From Antechinus flavipes (Eukaryota): a stretch of DNA of 64,000 nt. Within the stretch, counting starts at the first letter, position 1. The number at the start of each line of letters is the position of its first letter. This document shows positions 11,996 through 22,948 of this stretch, piece after piece. The stretch is taken from contig NC_067404.1 of the NCBI RefSeq assembly GCF_016432865.1, positions 10,664,001 through 10,728,000 on the forward strand, read 5' to 3'. The position numbers were made by a program, and so were the translations under genes. The notes beneath the pieces were generated by a model, which saw nothing but the letters and a program-made list of their open reading frames with translations, was not told the origin of the DNA and made no database searches.

Positions 11996-12910
11996 TTGTA
12001 TTCTTACAAATCTTTTCACTTTGACTTTCTCATTCCCCCTCTTCCTTTCTCCCTCTCTCCCTCCCCCCCTCAGCCCTATCCTTCCCCCCTCCCCCCTTCC
12101 CTTCTCCTCCCCCACCCCCAACCCCTCCTCCCTCTCCCATCTTCCCTCTCCCTTCCCCTTCCTCCCACCTCCTCTCCTCCTCTCCCCCTTTCCTTCCCGT
12201 TTCTTCTCCCTCTTCTGTCCCTCCTCTCCCCCTCCCTCCCCTATCCCTCCTCTCCTTCCCTTTTCAGCTTCCTCCTCTCACCTCCACACCCCATCCTTCC
12301 TGACCCCCATCCTCCCTCTCCCTCCGATCCCCCATTGTCCTACTCCCTCAACTTCTCAGACACTTCCTACTCATTCCCTACTCCCCTATCCTCTTCTCCC
12401 TCCCATCAATTCCCATCATTCTTCCGCCTCCCTCTCACCACCCATCCCTCCTTCCCCTCCCCGCTCTCCCTCTCCTCCCCCTCCCCGCTCTCCCTCTCCT
12501 CCCCTCTCTTCCACCATCTCTCCCTGGACCTCCTTCTTCTGCCCTCCGGTTGCCCCTCTTCCCTCCCCTCATGCCTCCCCCCTTCCATTCCCCATGTCCC
12601 TGAATCCTTCCCATTTCTCCTTTCATCCCCCCTCCCCCTAACTTCTCCCATTACTCATCTCCCTCCCTCCTCCCAAACCCTATTCTGTTTCCCTTCCTTC
12701 CCTCCCTCCTGTTCCCCCGATCCCTCCTCTCCCTTGCCCTTTACTCCCCTGCTCCCCCCCCCATTTCCCTTTCCTCTTCCCCATCCCACTCTCCTCCCTT
12801 TCCCCCATCTCATTTCCCCTGTCTTCTGGTCCTCTCTGATCCTTCCAAGTTGCCTCTCTCTCTCCTCTCTCCCTTTTTCTGTTTGTCTCTTCCCCTTCTG
12901 CCCCCCCATC
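11996..12910. repeat. ~900-bp homopyrimidine (C/T) low-complexity tract
   Basis: Almost entirely C/T, with an internal 23-bp duplication (cccctccccgctctccctctcct x2) near 12456-12505. Confidence 0.95.
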
Positions 12911-12929
12911 CTGCTCTATTTCTGCTCAC

Positions 12930-13260
12930 ATCAGGGCCTGCAGAGCATAGAATTCACCCAGAGACTGCCTGCCCATCGGCTACCACCCCTCCCTGCCCGC
13001 CCATCGGCTACCATCCCTCCCTGCCCGCCTGCCCTCAGGGATCACCCACCAGTACTACCATGCCTCCTTCCAAGCTCCAGACCGCTTGCTACCTTGCTTG
13101 CTTGCTTTGTTTTCACGTCACCTGACTCGGGCGGCAGCAAAGGACGTTGGACCTCTAGGGAGGCGAGAAGGCCAGGGCCAAGGATAAAGCGCTCGTGGGG
13201 GACTGGCCCGGGATGGCCAGCCCAGGAACCACCCTCGCAGTACAGTGTGTAACTAACCGT
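12930..13260 (-). promoter_or_regulatory. CpG-containing candidate promoter / first-exon region
   Basis: CpG-rich unique sequence with CRE-like TGACGTG and an E-box near 13116-13130. Minus-strand donor GAT|gtgagc at 12929 is followed by a G-run-rich tract. Direction is uncertain. Confidence 0.3.
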
Positions 13261-15059
13261 CCCGGGGACTCATCCAGCTGCTGGGTAGCCTGTCTCTCCA
13301 TCTCTAAGGCTCATTTCTTTACACTGGAATTAAAGTATCCAAACAGCCTGTCTGCTTTCTTTTCCAGGGAACCAGAGGTTCATTTGGACACCCCTGCCGG
13401 GGCGGCCACATCGAACCGTCCGCTGCCTGACACTGGGGGGAGGGCACCAACTGTGGGGAACGTGGGGGAGGACTTGGTGAGAACGGGCTGGAGGAAGAGT
13501 GAGAAAACGGGTCGGCCGTTGGAGGGCTAGATTGGGGAATGGCCAGGGGAGGGGGGAGGGGGGAGTAGAAGGACCTGCTCCCTCCATTTCCGTGCTCTTA
13601 AGCTTCCTTCTGTCTCCCTGAAGGGCCCTCCCTGCTCTGCTAGTCCCTGGAGAAGGTCCCTCCCCTATCCCCACTTTTGTTTGTGCCATTCTAGGTCCTT
13701 GGGCCCCTTCCAGGCCCGGTAGGCCGATTCTTCCACTTCTCTGAGAGTAGCTTGTTCTGTAACTTACATAACAGCTTCCTTGGGATTCGTGGTGCTACTC
13801 ACTGTGGCAGAATTCTTAAGAAGACGGTCCAGCTCGGCCTGCTCTCTAAATCAGCATGACCCAGCCCCCTCCACAGACCGAGCTCAGCCTCCCCCCCCAC
13901 CTCCGTGGGCCCCTGTAGGCCCCCACATTAAGCCTGTGCCTGAGACCCAATCACAATTGTTCTCAGGCTCTGCTGGGCTGGGGCTGGGGCGGGGGTGGGG
14001 GACCACTGTTACCCCAGAGAAAATGCAGAGGCCTAGTTGAGCTTCAGGGAGCCTCGGTTGAACGTCACTTAGTTTAGAGGGAGCCCGTGCTATTGTAGAG
14101 GAGAAACCGTCTTCTCCTCCAAAGAAATAGATGTCGATTACCCATAACGATTGACACCTCACTCCCGGTGCGGTGTCGGCAAGCGGCGGGCGTACAAACA
14201 CTCGGGCCGTTTGGGTGGCATGGAATGGGAGAGAGCGTGGAGTCGGGAGAAGGCTGGGGCAGGCGAGAAAGCCAGCGTGGAGGCTGGGCCCTCGGTGTTT
14301 CACACTGGGAAGAGCCTTTGGAAACTCTCAGGGCCAACCTGATGCCCAACACGATCACCTTCCAGAGAATCCCAGCAACTGGTCATGTGGTCTCTTGAAC
14401 ACTTCAGTTGATGTGGAACTCTCTACCTTAAGACATCCTGTTCCATTTGGAGATAAATTATGTTGTTCTTTCCCATCCTGCCCCCACAAAAAAAGCCTAA
14501 ATCTCAGCCTCTCTCTTTCTCCCTCGCTCCCTCTTTGGAACTTCTGACGCCAAATGTCTAATTCTGCCAGTCAGACCTTCCAGTACTCGAAGCCGGCACG
14601 AGGAGGGGTAGGATCACCCTGTCGGCCTCTTGTCCGGGGTTGTAGCTCTTGGTGAAATGGAGTTTGAAGATTGGCTGTGAATTGCAAAGAGGCGGAGTGA
14701 TACAGTGGTGAGAGACCCAGCCTCGAAGCCCGGGAGCCTGGGATTCAAGTTGGGCCTTTACCAATCCTAGCTATGGGACCTGGGAGGGCGAGGGCTTCAC
14801 CTCTCAGTCGCAGTTGCGGAGGTGGTGACGGACTACATCCCTTCCCTGGGAGTTCCAAGTAACTTGACGGGCCTAGTCCCCGTCGCGTTGCGGATCACCA
14901 AACTTCTCGAATGACCCGATTTCTCCCCGAAACTGATGTCCATCTTTCAATATTCTCCCAAGAGGTGGGCTGGGTGCTTACTCGGTTCATTCCATGCCTC
15001 AACTTCTCCCGAGGGTGCTTATCAGGGGGTGTGAGACTATGTCAGTTTCCCAAGTATTA

Positions 15060-15255
15060 AAATGAATATCACACAGTGGGAGACGCACGGTGGGTGGCAT
15101 CAAGCTGCAGCACAGAACCAGTGGGGGATTTTGAGGATGTCATGAGGGAAGCAGATGAGAGGAAGAACAGATGGTCTGGTCACATGGTGAGGGTGAGGGA
15201 TGACAGGCAGACAGACTCAGTGCTTCCCTGGTACCTCTGTCATGTCAGGAGAGAA
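15060..15255 (+). mobile_element. RTE-clade LINE 3' ORF fragment
   Basis: Translation ADERKNRWSGHMVRVRDDRQTDSVLPWY matches the RTE C-terminal pattern R.RWAGHV.R..D.RWT..VL.W.P. Confidence 0.75.
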
Positions 15256-16954
15256 GGCCTCGGGCATCATATTGAGCTCAGGGGTGGATGTGGGCAGCAG
15301 CCCCCCGGGACGCGCGGGCGGGCACGTTGTCGGAGGAGGGCACGTGGAAGAACGGGGAGGTCCCAGGTGCGCTGCACTAGCTGAGGTGGAGACTGAGGAT
15401 GGAGAGAGACATATAGCCTCAGTGACCGTGGATCTGATCTCCAAGAATGACGAAATGCATCTGACAGCACCATTTCAGACCACTGAGCTCTCCTCCTGAT
15501 TCTGTCACTCTTGAGCTCCGCGGCCTCGAGCAAGCCATTCCCCCTCTCTGTGTTTCCGTTTGTTCATCAGTAGCGTGAGGGAGCCAAATTGGATGAGAGC
15601 TAATGTCCATCCGCTCCGGCTCTAGGGGTCTATGTGAAGGGGCCATGTTCGGGTCTGTTATTTTCTCTTTTACAGTCCCTGATGGTCCCTATCAATGTGC
15701 GTTCTAAGTCTCTGAGCCCCGCCATTCCTTAAGCTCCTTAAGATGCTGCCCTTTCGGCTGTCGGGTTCAATGATCCCGTGCTGGCGGCTCCCCGATTTCC
15801 CGATGCCCTCCGTTCTCAGGTTTCTCCTAGCTCTGAGGTCTTTCCTCCTCTGCCATGGGAGTCCCAAGGTGGCTTCCAGTTGTGGCATGGAATTCCAAGT
15901 AGGGTGGCTCGGTGCCAAGAGCCCTCCCTAGGGCTGCAAGATGCCGGTGACCCAAAGCCCCCGGGGTGGCAGCGGTTTACCTGGCAGCCCTCTAGGGAGT
16001 TGGCCGGAGGCGAGCGGGTGGCCTCCTTTAGTCCTCTGAGGGCAGTGTTGCCGGGAAGGAGAGGAAGTCTCAAGAGAATTGAGCTCTCAGCAGGGATGCT
16101 GGATGGGTAAAGCTTTCTGAGGAAGAAGCCATCCCATTAGCCTCACAGGCCCGGGCTTTTGAGCCCCAGTCCAGGCCCTCGTCCTGCTTTGATTGGGCTG
16201 ACCTTTTTCTCCAAGGTGAACTTCCTGTGCTGTCAGTAGAAGGGAAGGGAGAAAGAAAGTCGTCTAATCAGCCCACATGAAGGTAAGGGTTAGCTTGGGG
16301 AAATAAAAGCTCTCAACGTTCTGAAAGCCAGGCATCAGGAGCTCCAGAGAAGGCCAGCCCTTGGGAGCTAGGATAGGGTGTAGAGGACCCAGTGAGCCCC
16401 ATGCCGGCAAATGCAGGGCAGACTTGGGGAGCCGGGATGACGATAACGGAGTGCGGTCAACAGACTGGAGGAACGGCAGGGTGGCTGGGGCTTCTGGCTT
16501 GACAACTGCGGGTCCCCAAGTGGGCCTTAGGTTCATCTTCATCACTTCCCGGTCTCCAATCACTTTCCTACTAAAGCGCCAGGGCCTGGGCTGGGTTTGG
16601 GGGCCACAAATGCAATGAAGGAAGCCATCGCTCCTCCCAAAGGAAAGTGTTCTCATTGCAGACAATGAGAACACTATGCACATAGTATGCCCAGTAAAAG
16701 GAATGATTGCGCCAATCGGGGGAGTTGGGGAAGAAGGGAGGAGGGGTGAGCTCTGGCCTTGGAGGAAGCCGGAAAGGGTTCCTGCAGAAGGGGGCACTCG
16801 GAGGCAGACGGATGAGGCAGAGGAGGCAGTGCATTCTAAGTGGGAGGGCTGACCTGTGCCCTGGCACTGGGAGATGGAATTGTTGGGGTGTGAGAATGGA
16901 GGGTTGAGAGATCCCTTAGCAGCAATGGGATCCCCTTTGGCTAGTTGCAGGTTT

Positions 16955-17307
16955 TGTGAAAGAATTCGCAAACCCCGATGAATACAGGCTCCAGGTTTGT
17001 GGCAAGAATGGGTTTATTTATGCTTAAAAAAAAACAAACAAAAAAACCCCAGCTTTCTTAGAGGGCAAGATCCTGTTAAGACTATTGCAAAGATGGGTTT
17101 ACATTGAGAAGAAAATCTCTTCATCAGTGGGCAAAATCCTGTTAGGACTTCGGCAAAGGTTTACACCGAGAAAGACTCTGCGGGCTGAGTCCAGAAGGGC
17201 CTTCGCAAAGATTCGGGGTTCAGAGTAGTCTTTTATTAGCCGATAGAAAGAGAAATTGGGGCCGGGTCATGAAAAGTTTGCATACTTTCATATTTTATCC
17301 TGAGACA
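16955..17307 (-). mobile_element. Solo LTR (ERV-derived), related to those at 24824 and 39195
   Basis: TG...CA ends, minus-strand TATA-like and AATAAA signals, and a terminus 'gaattctttcaca' shared with the 39.8 kb copy. TSD not resolved. Confidence 0.65.
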
Positions 17308-17821
17308 ATAGTGAACCATTGAGAGAGGCATGGGGTGATGGGGGAGTGAGGTGTTCGGTGAAATGCTGAGGTGGCAAATTTGGACCTCCTCTCTGGTTCA
17401 GGAGCTTTAAAAGAAGCATGACAGAGCTAGCCTCCTTTTCACCGTGCATTGGCCCTCTCCCGCCTCCTTCCTATGACTTATGATTCATCCAAGAATGGCT
17501 TCGATGCAAATTTTTCAGCATTGTCTACCAGAAAGTGGAACTCCCTATGGGTGAGCTAGATGGCACCATATTGGCTAGAAGCCCTGGGCCTGGAATCAGG
17601 AAGATCTGAGTTTAAATCTTGACCTTAGCTACTTACTAAGTGGACCAGTCATTTAACTCTTTTGCCTCATTTTCCTCATCTGTACAATGAGATGGAAAAG
17701 GAAATGGCCCACCACTCCAGAATCTCTTTCCCTCAGAAACTCAAATGGGGTCATGGAGTGTCAGATGTGACTAAACAATAACAACCCTCTAAAATTAGCA
17801 GAGGATTATGAGATCAGATAT

Positions 17822-18530
17822 AATTTTTTTATTATAGGTTTTTATTTACAAGTTCTATGCATGGCTAATTTTACAGCATTGACAATTGCCAAATCTTTTG
17901 TTCCAACTTTTCCCCTCCTTCCCCCCACCCCTTCCCCTAGATGGCAGGATGACCAATACATGTTAAATATGTTGAAGTATAAATTAAATACAATAGTAGT
18001 ATACATGTCCAAACAGTTATTTTGCTGCACAAGAAGAATCGGACTTTGAAATAGTGTCCAATTAGCCTGTGAAGGAAATCCAAAATGCAGGCGGACAAAA
18101 ATAGAGGGACTGGGAAGTCTACGTAGTGGTTCATACTCATTTCCCAGAGTTCTTTCTCTGGGTGTAGCCGGTTCAGTTCATTCCTGCTCTATTGGAACTG
18201 ATTTGATTCATCTCATTGCCGGAGAGGGCCACATCCATCAGAATTGATCATCGTATAGTCTTGTTGTGACGTATAGAATGATCTCCTGGTCCTGCTCGTT
18301 TCACTCAGCATCAGTTCATGTAAGACTCTCCAGGCCTTTCTGAAATCCTCCTGCTGGTCATTTCTTACCGAACAATAATATTCCATAATATTCATATACC
18401 ACAATTTATTCAGCCATTCTCCAATGGATGGGCATCTACTCAGTTTCCAGTTTCTGGCCACTACAAAGAGGGCCGCCATACACATTCGTGCACATACAAG
18501 TCCCTTTCCCTTCTTTAAGATCTCTTTGGG
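17822..18530 (-). mobile_element. 5'-truncated L1 with 12-bp TSD
   Basis: TSD gagatcagatat at 17810-17821 and 18531-18542; encodes the ORF2 C-terminus (AALFVVARNWKLSRCPSIGEWLNKLWY). Confidence 0.92.
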
Positions 18531-20704
18531 GAGATCAGATATTGAAAACTAAAACTTATTTTAGAGATGGCTTTTTATTTTTTAACCAGAAGAGGGCCAA
18601 AGCAATAGCTTGTTCTGATTAAAAAAAAAAAAAAAGATATAAAATAATGATCATAATAGGTGGTATTGCTAGCATTTCAAAGTTTGTACACTTTATGTAT
18701 ACATATATACCATTTCATTCTCACAACAACCCTGGGAAATAGGTGCTATTGATACCCCCATTTTACAGATGAGGAAACTGAAGTGGCAATGGTCAAGTGA
18801 CTTGCCTAAGGTTACACAGCTAGTAAGTACCTGAGGTGGGATTTGAACTCGGGTCTTCCCTACACAGACTGCTCTGTGCACTCTGGCATCACACCTGGCT
18901 GCTATATCAGAATATTGTAGATTTAGATAAAGGCCAAAGTAATGACTTACTCTGATAATAATAGCATTTATAGAGTCCTTTCTTATAAATGTTCTCATTT
19001 GATTCTCCTAAGGACCCTGGGATGTAGTGCTGTAATAGTCCTCGTATTCATAATGATCCCCTGAGGTAGGTGCTGCTGTTATCCCTATTTTACAGTTGAG
19101 AAAACTGAGGCAAAGGTGAAATGACTTGCTCAGGCTCACATAATTAGCAAGTATCCGAGGCAGAATCTGTCCGTGATTTAGCTACTGCGCCACTTAGCTC
19201 TTATGTCATAGATTGATCTAGAACTGGGAGGGCTCTAAGGACTAGAAGTCCAAGGGCCACTTTTCACTGATGAGGAAACTGAGTCAGACAGAAGTTGAGT
19301 GTCTTGCCCGGGATCACACAGCTTGTAAGCGTCTGAGGCAGGATTGGAATTCAGGTCTTATGACTTCGGGTCCACTTTCCTGTCCATTACGCCTGTGACT
19401 AAGGTCCCCCAAACCAGAGGCAAATGTCATTGGGAAATATTATGTCGTTTTTCCAATCGATATATGCCCCCAGAGAACGCTGCTTCTCTAGAGCCCGGTG
19501 CACCCTTTGAGTTGGATTCCATCGTTATACCAGGCTGACTCGAATGCTAAACGAAAGGGATGCTTGTGACTTTGTTACACCATCTTATCAGCGTATGAAC
19601 ATTTCTAGGTAAATCTGGTTCACTTCTTTTGTTCCTCAGTCGCAGATTAGGATCGGAACCTCAGTCTACCATGAGCCAAGAGCCTTCTGTTGGTCTCAGA
19701 TGGGTATAAAAGGGCGTATGAATAGGAAATTCACTCTGCTGTCCCTTCCCAGGAAAACAACGACAGTATAACATTAGTGATGCGAGGTGAGCAGGCTGGT
19801 CACCAGCCTGAGAGTCATCAGCCTCCTGGGGCTCAAACCTTCGCTTGCCGAATGACATGGCTAGTCATTTCCTAACTCTGCCTCTCAGTTTCTTCATCTG
19901 TAAAATGGATCGATAACGTCTGGACTACCTGTTAGGAAATGTGTGATATCAGTGGGACTGGGTTCTCATTCCCTCTGCTCCTTTCTGATGCCATCCTTTG
20001 CATTTCTTCTTGTGTCCAACTCATCTCGGTGATCCGCGCCGCTCCCTATCTGTGCTCTTTCTGCTGCCGTTTGGGTGACTTGGAATTTGGATTCTTAGAG
20101 GAGACGGCGTTCCATGACGTCTAGCCCAATAACCTGACCGGGAGAATATTGCTTTTTAAATGGTGGGCAGGCTAAGGGACCCCCGGGGTCTCGTCTAAGA
20201 GCTCCGAATCGACGAGCCTCTGAATTTTATTTCATGAGATAACTCGAGGGCGTCGAAATCACCGCACGGTCGTCCGTATAATCGGCCAACTGTCCCTCTG
20301 ATTCAGCGACCGAGTCTAAGAGACGGGTACCCAGTGGCCAGTTGTATGGGTGAGCCATGATGGGATAGTATAGGCCTCCTTCATCCATATGGATAAGAGT
20401 GTTAGGATGAATCGTTTTAGATTGTTGAGCATCCCAGTGAAGAGAAAGACCTCCAGTGGGTCTTGAATGCATGTGTGACTCTGGGCAAGTCATTTAACAT
20501 TTTAATGACCCGGGTAAGTCTTTATATGTTGCACGTAGCTGATGGAAATGCGTTGTGCATCATTTCACAATTGATGATCACATTTCTTGTCTTCTCGGTA
20601 GGCGAAGGTGGGTGAGCAGAAAGGAGAGAATTCAGAACTCAATTAAAAAAAAAATGAATGTTAAAAGAAAATGCCAATCTATATCATTAGAGGGAGTCTC
20701 CTTG

Positions 20705-20868
20705 ACAGGCATTATCTTTGGAAGTGTCTGCCTCTTGTGGCCCACTACGCTCCCGAGTCCCCAGACCAGATTAAAATGGAATATGTGATTCTCCAAAGTC
20801 AATATGTGGCCCCCAGGGATCCTTACGTATAACTCAGTGGTCCCCTTTCTATTTGAGTTTGACATCAT
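20705..20868 (-). mobile_element. hAT-like non-autonomous MITE
   Basis: Ends in 'ctatttgagtttgacatca'. The same terminus and internal 'cagattaaaa...' occur in a second copy at about 32940-33112. Confidence 0.6.
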
Positions 20869-21377
20869 GGCTCAATCCCAATGAAGTGATAGGTCTAGGG
20901 GGGAAAGAGAGAGAAATGGATCCCATTTAGAAGTCTCTGCAGCGACCTTGGGCTTGCCCATGGTCACCACACGCAGAGACATCTTGAGGATCTCACCTTC
21001 CACAGGGAATCCTCCCTCTTTGATTTGGACTCTCCGCAAGGCATCTCCCGTGACAGCAATGAACAGCTTTGATGAGTGTGTCTCCCTCTGATTTATTCCT
21101 TGTTTAATATCATAATTAGAGAGTCATTAAACCAAACTCTTGTGTTGTGCCAAACCAAGAATCCCATATGATGTTAGCATATATAGTGGAGGCATGTTCT
21201 TGTATAAATCTTAAAGGTGGCATTTTGTTCTCCCAGATTGAATTGCTTACCCAAAAGCAGTAAGTACAATGAGATCATGGATTTTCCACAGCCTTCCAGA
21301 CAGTTGTGTGGCTGTAAAAATGTATTCTTGTCAGAGACATCATTTGGGAAAGCCCGCCTGCTCTGATCTTGTTTCTT

Positions 21378-22073
21378 TTTCTTTTTCTTTTTTTTAATTA
21401 AATAACTTTATATTGATAGAACCCATGCCAGGGTAATTTTTTACAACATTATCCCTTGCACTCACTTCTGTTCCGATTTTTCCCCTCCCTCCCTCCACCC
21501 CCTCCCCTAGATGGCAAGCAGTCCTATATATGTTGACTAGGTTACAGTATATCCTAGATACAATATATGTGTGCAGAACCCAACAGTTTTCTTGTTACAC
21601 AGGGAGAATTGGATTCAGAAGGTAGAAATAACCCGGGAAGAAAAACAAAAATGCAAACATTTTATATTCATCTCCCAGTGTTCTTTCTTTGGGTGTAGCT
21701 GCTTCTGTCCATCCTTGATCAGTTGAAACTGAATGAGCTCTCTTTATCGAAGAGATCCACTTCCATCAGAATACATCCTCAAACAGTATCGTTGTGGAGG
21801 TATATAATGATCTCTTGGTTCTGCTCGTTTCACTCAGCATCAGTTCCTGTAAGTCTCTCCAAGCCTCTCTGTATTCCTCCTGCTGGTCGTTCCTTACAGA
21901 ACAATAATATTCCATAACATTCATATACCACAATTTATTCAACCATTCTCCAATGGATGGGCATCCATTCATTTTCCAGCTTCTAGCCACTACAAACAGG
22001 GCCGCCACAAACATTTTGGCACATACAAGTCCCTTTCCCTTCTTTAGTATCTCTTTGGAGTATAAGCCCAGTC
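21378..22073 (-). mobile_element. 5'-truncated L1 nested in the RTE, 13-bp TSD
   Basis: TSD gatcttgtttctt at 21365-21377 and 22074-22086; poly-T, 3' UTR and ORF2 C-terminus. Confidence 0.92.
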
Positions 22074-22503
22074 GATCTTGTTTCTTCATCAAGGCTAGAT
22101 TCAATATAAGTATAGATGGCGCTTGGAAAGAATTCCTAGTGATGAGAGAGTAGGTGTATTTATTGATTGCCAGTTATTAATGTCTTAATCAACCCATTTA
22201 GAAAAATGAATAGTAACGCATTTCCCCCCAATCATTTGGGATGTTGCGAATCAATCTTTCATTATCTTTAAAATTGTACTGCCTCTATCACAGACCTCTC
22301 CTGGATATACTTGCTCTGCTCTGGCAGCTCTTTCTATCTTTCTTTCCTTTAGTATAATTTCTCCATCCTTATGCTGGGGAGTGGAGGAGATGAGAGTGGA
22401 AACCATAAAACTAGAGCCCAGATGTGTTGGCTACACTATCACTTATGGATAAAATAATTTCTTTTTTTTTTTATAATTAAAAGAATTTCTTATAGAAATC
22501 TAT

Positions 22504-22948
22504 NNNNNNNNNNNNNNNNNNNNNNNNNNNNNNNNNNNNNNNNNNNNNNNNNNNNNNNNNNNNNNNNNNNNNNNNNNNNNNNNNNNNNNNNNNNNNNNNN
22601 NNNNNNNNNNNNNNNNNNNNNNNNNNNNNNNNNNNNNNNNNNNNNNNNNNNNNNNNNNNNNNNNNNNNNNNNNNNNNNNNNNNNNNNNNNNNNNNNNNNN
22701 NNNNNNNNNNNNNNNNNNNNNNNNNNNNNNNNNNNNNNNNNNNNNNNNNNNNNNNNNNNNNNNNNNNNNNNNNNNNNNNNNNNNNNNNNNNNNNNNNNNN
22801 NNNNNNNNNNNNNNNNNNNNNNNNNNNNNNNNNNNNNNNNNNNNNNNNNNNNNNNNNNNNNNNNNNNNNNNNNNNNNNNNNNNNNNNNNNNNNNNNNNNN
22901 NNNNNNNNNNNNNNNNNNNNNNNNNNNNNNNNNNNNNNNNNNNNNNNN
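22504..22948. other. Assembly gap (445 N)
   Basis: Run of N. The right flank begins with (tctg)-type repeat, suggesting a collapsed microsatellite. Confidence 0.99.

Noticed and set aside
11996-13252. 418-aa Pro/Ser/Leu-rich ORF and overlapping Gly/Glu/Arg-rich ORFs
   Set aside because: Artefact of the homopyrimidine tract, which cannot form stop codons on that strand.
16264-16971. 235-aa ORF, the longest outside low-complexity DNA
   Set aside because: Composition is typical of GC-rich non-coding frames, there is no domain, and it starts inside an LTR end.
20227-20493. LADYTDDRAVIS resembling an RT YADD motif
   Set aside because: No flanking RT motifs, and the adjacent RTE's own catalytic region is already accounted for at about 20950.
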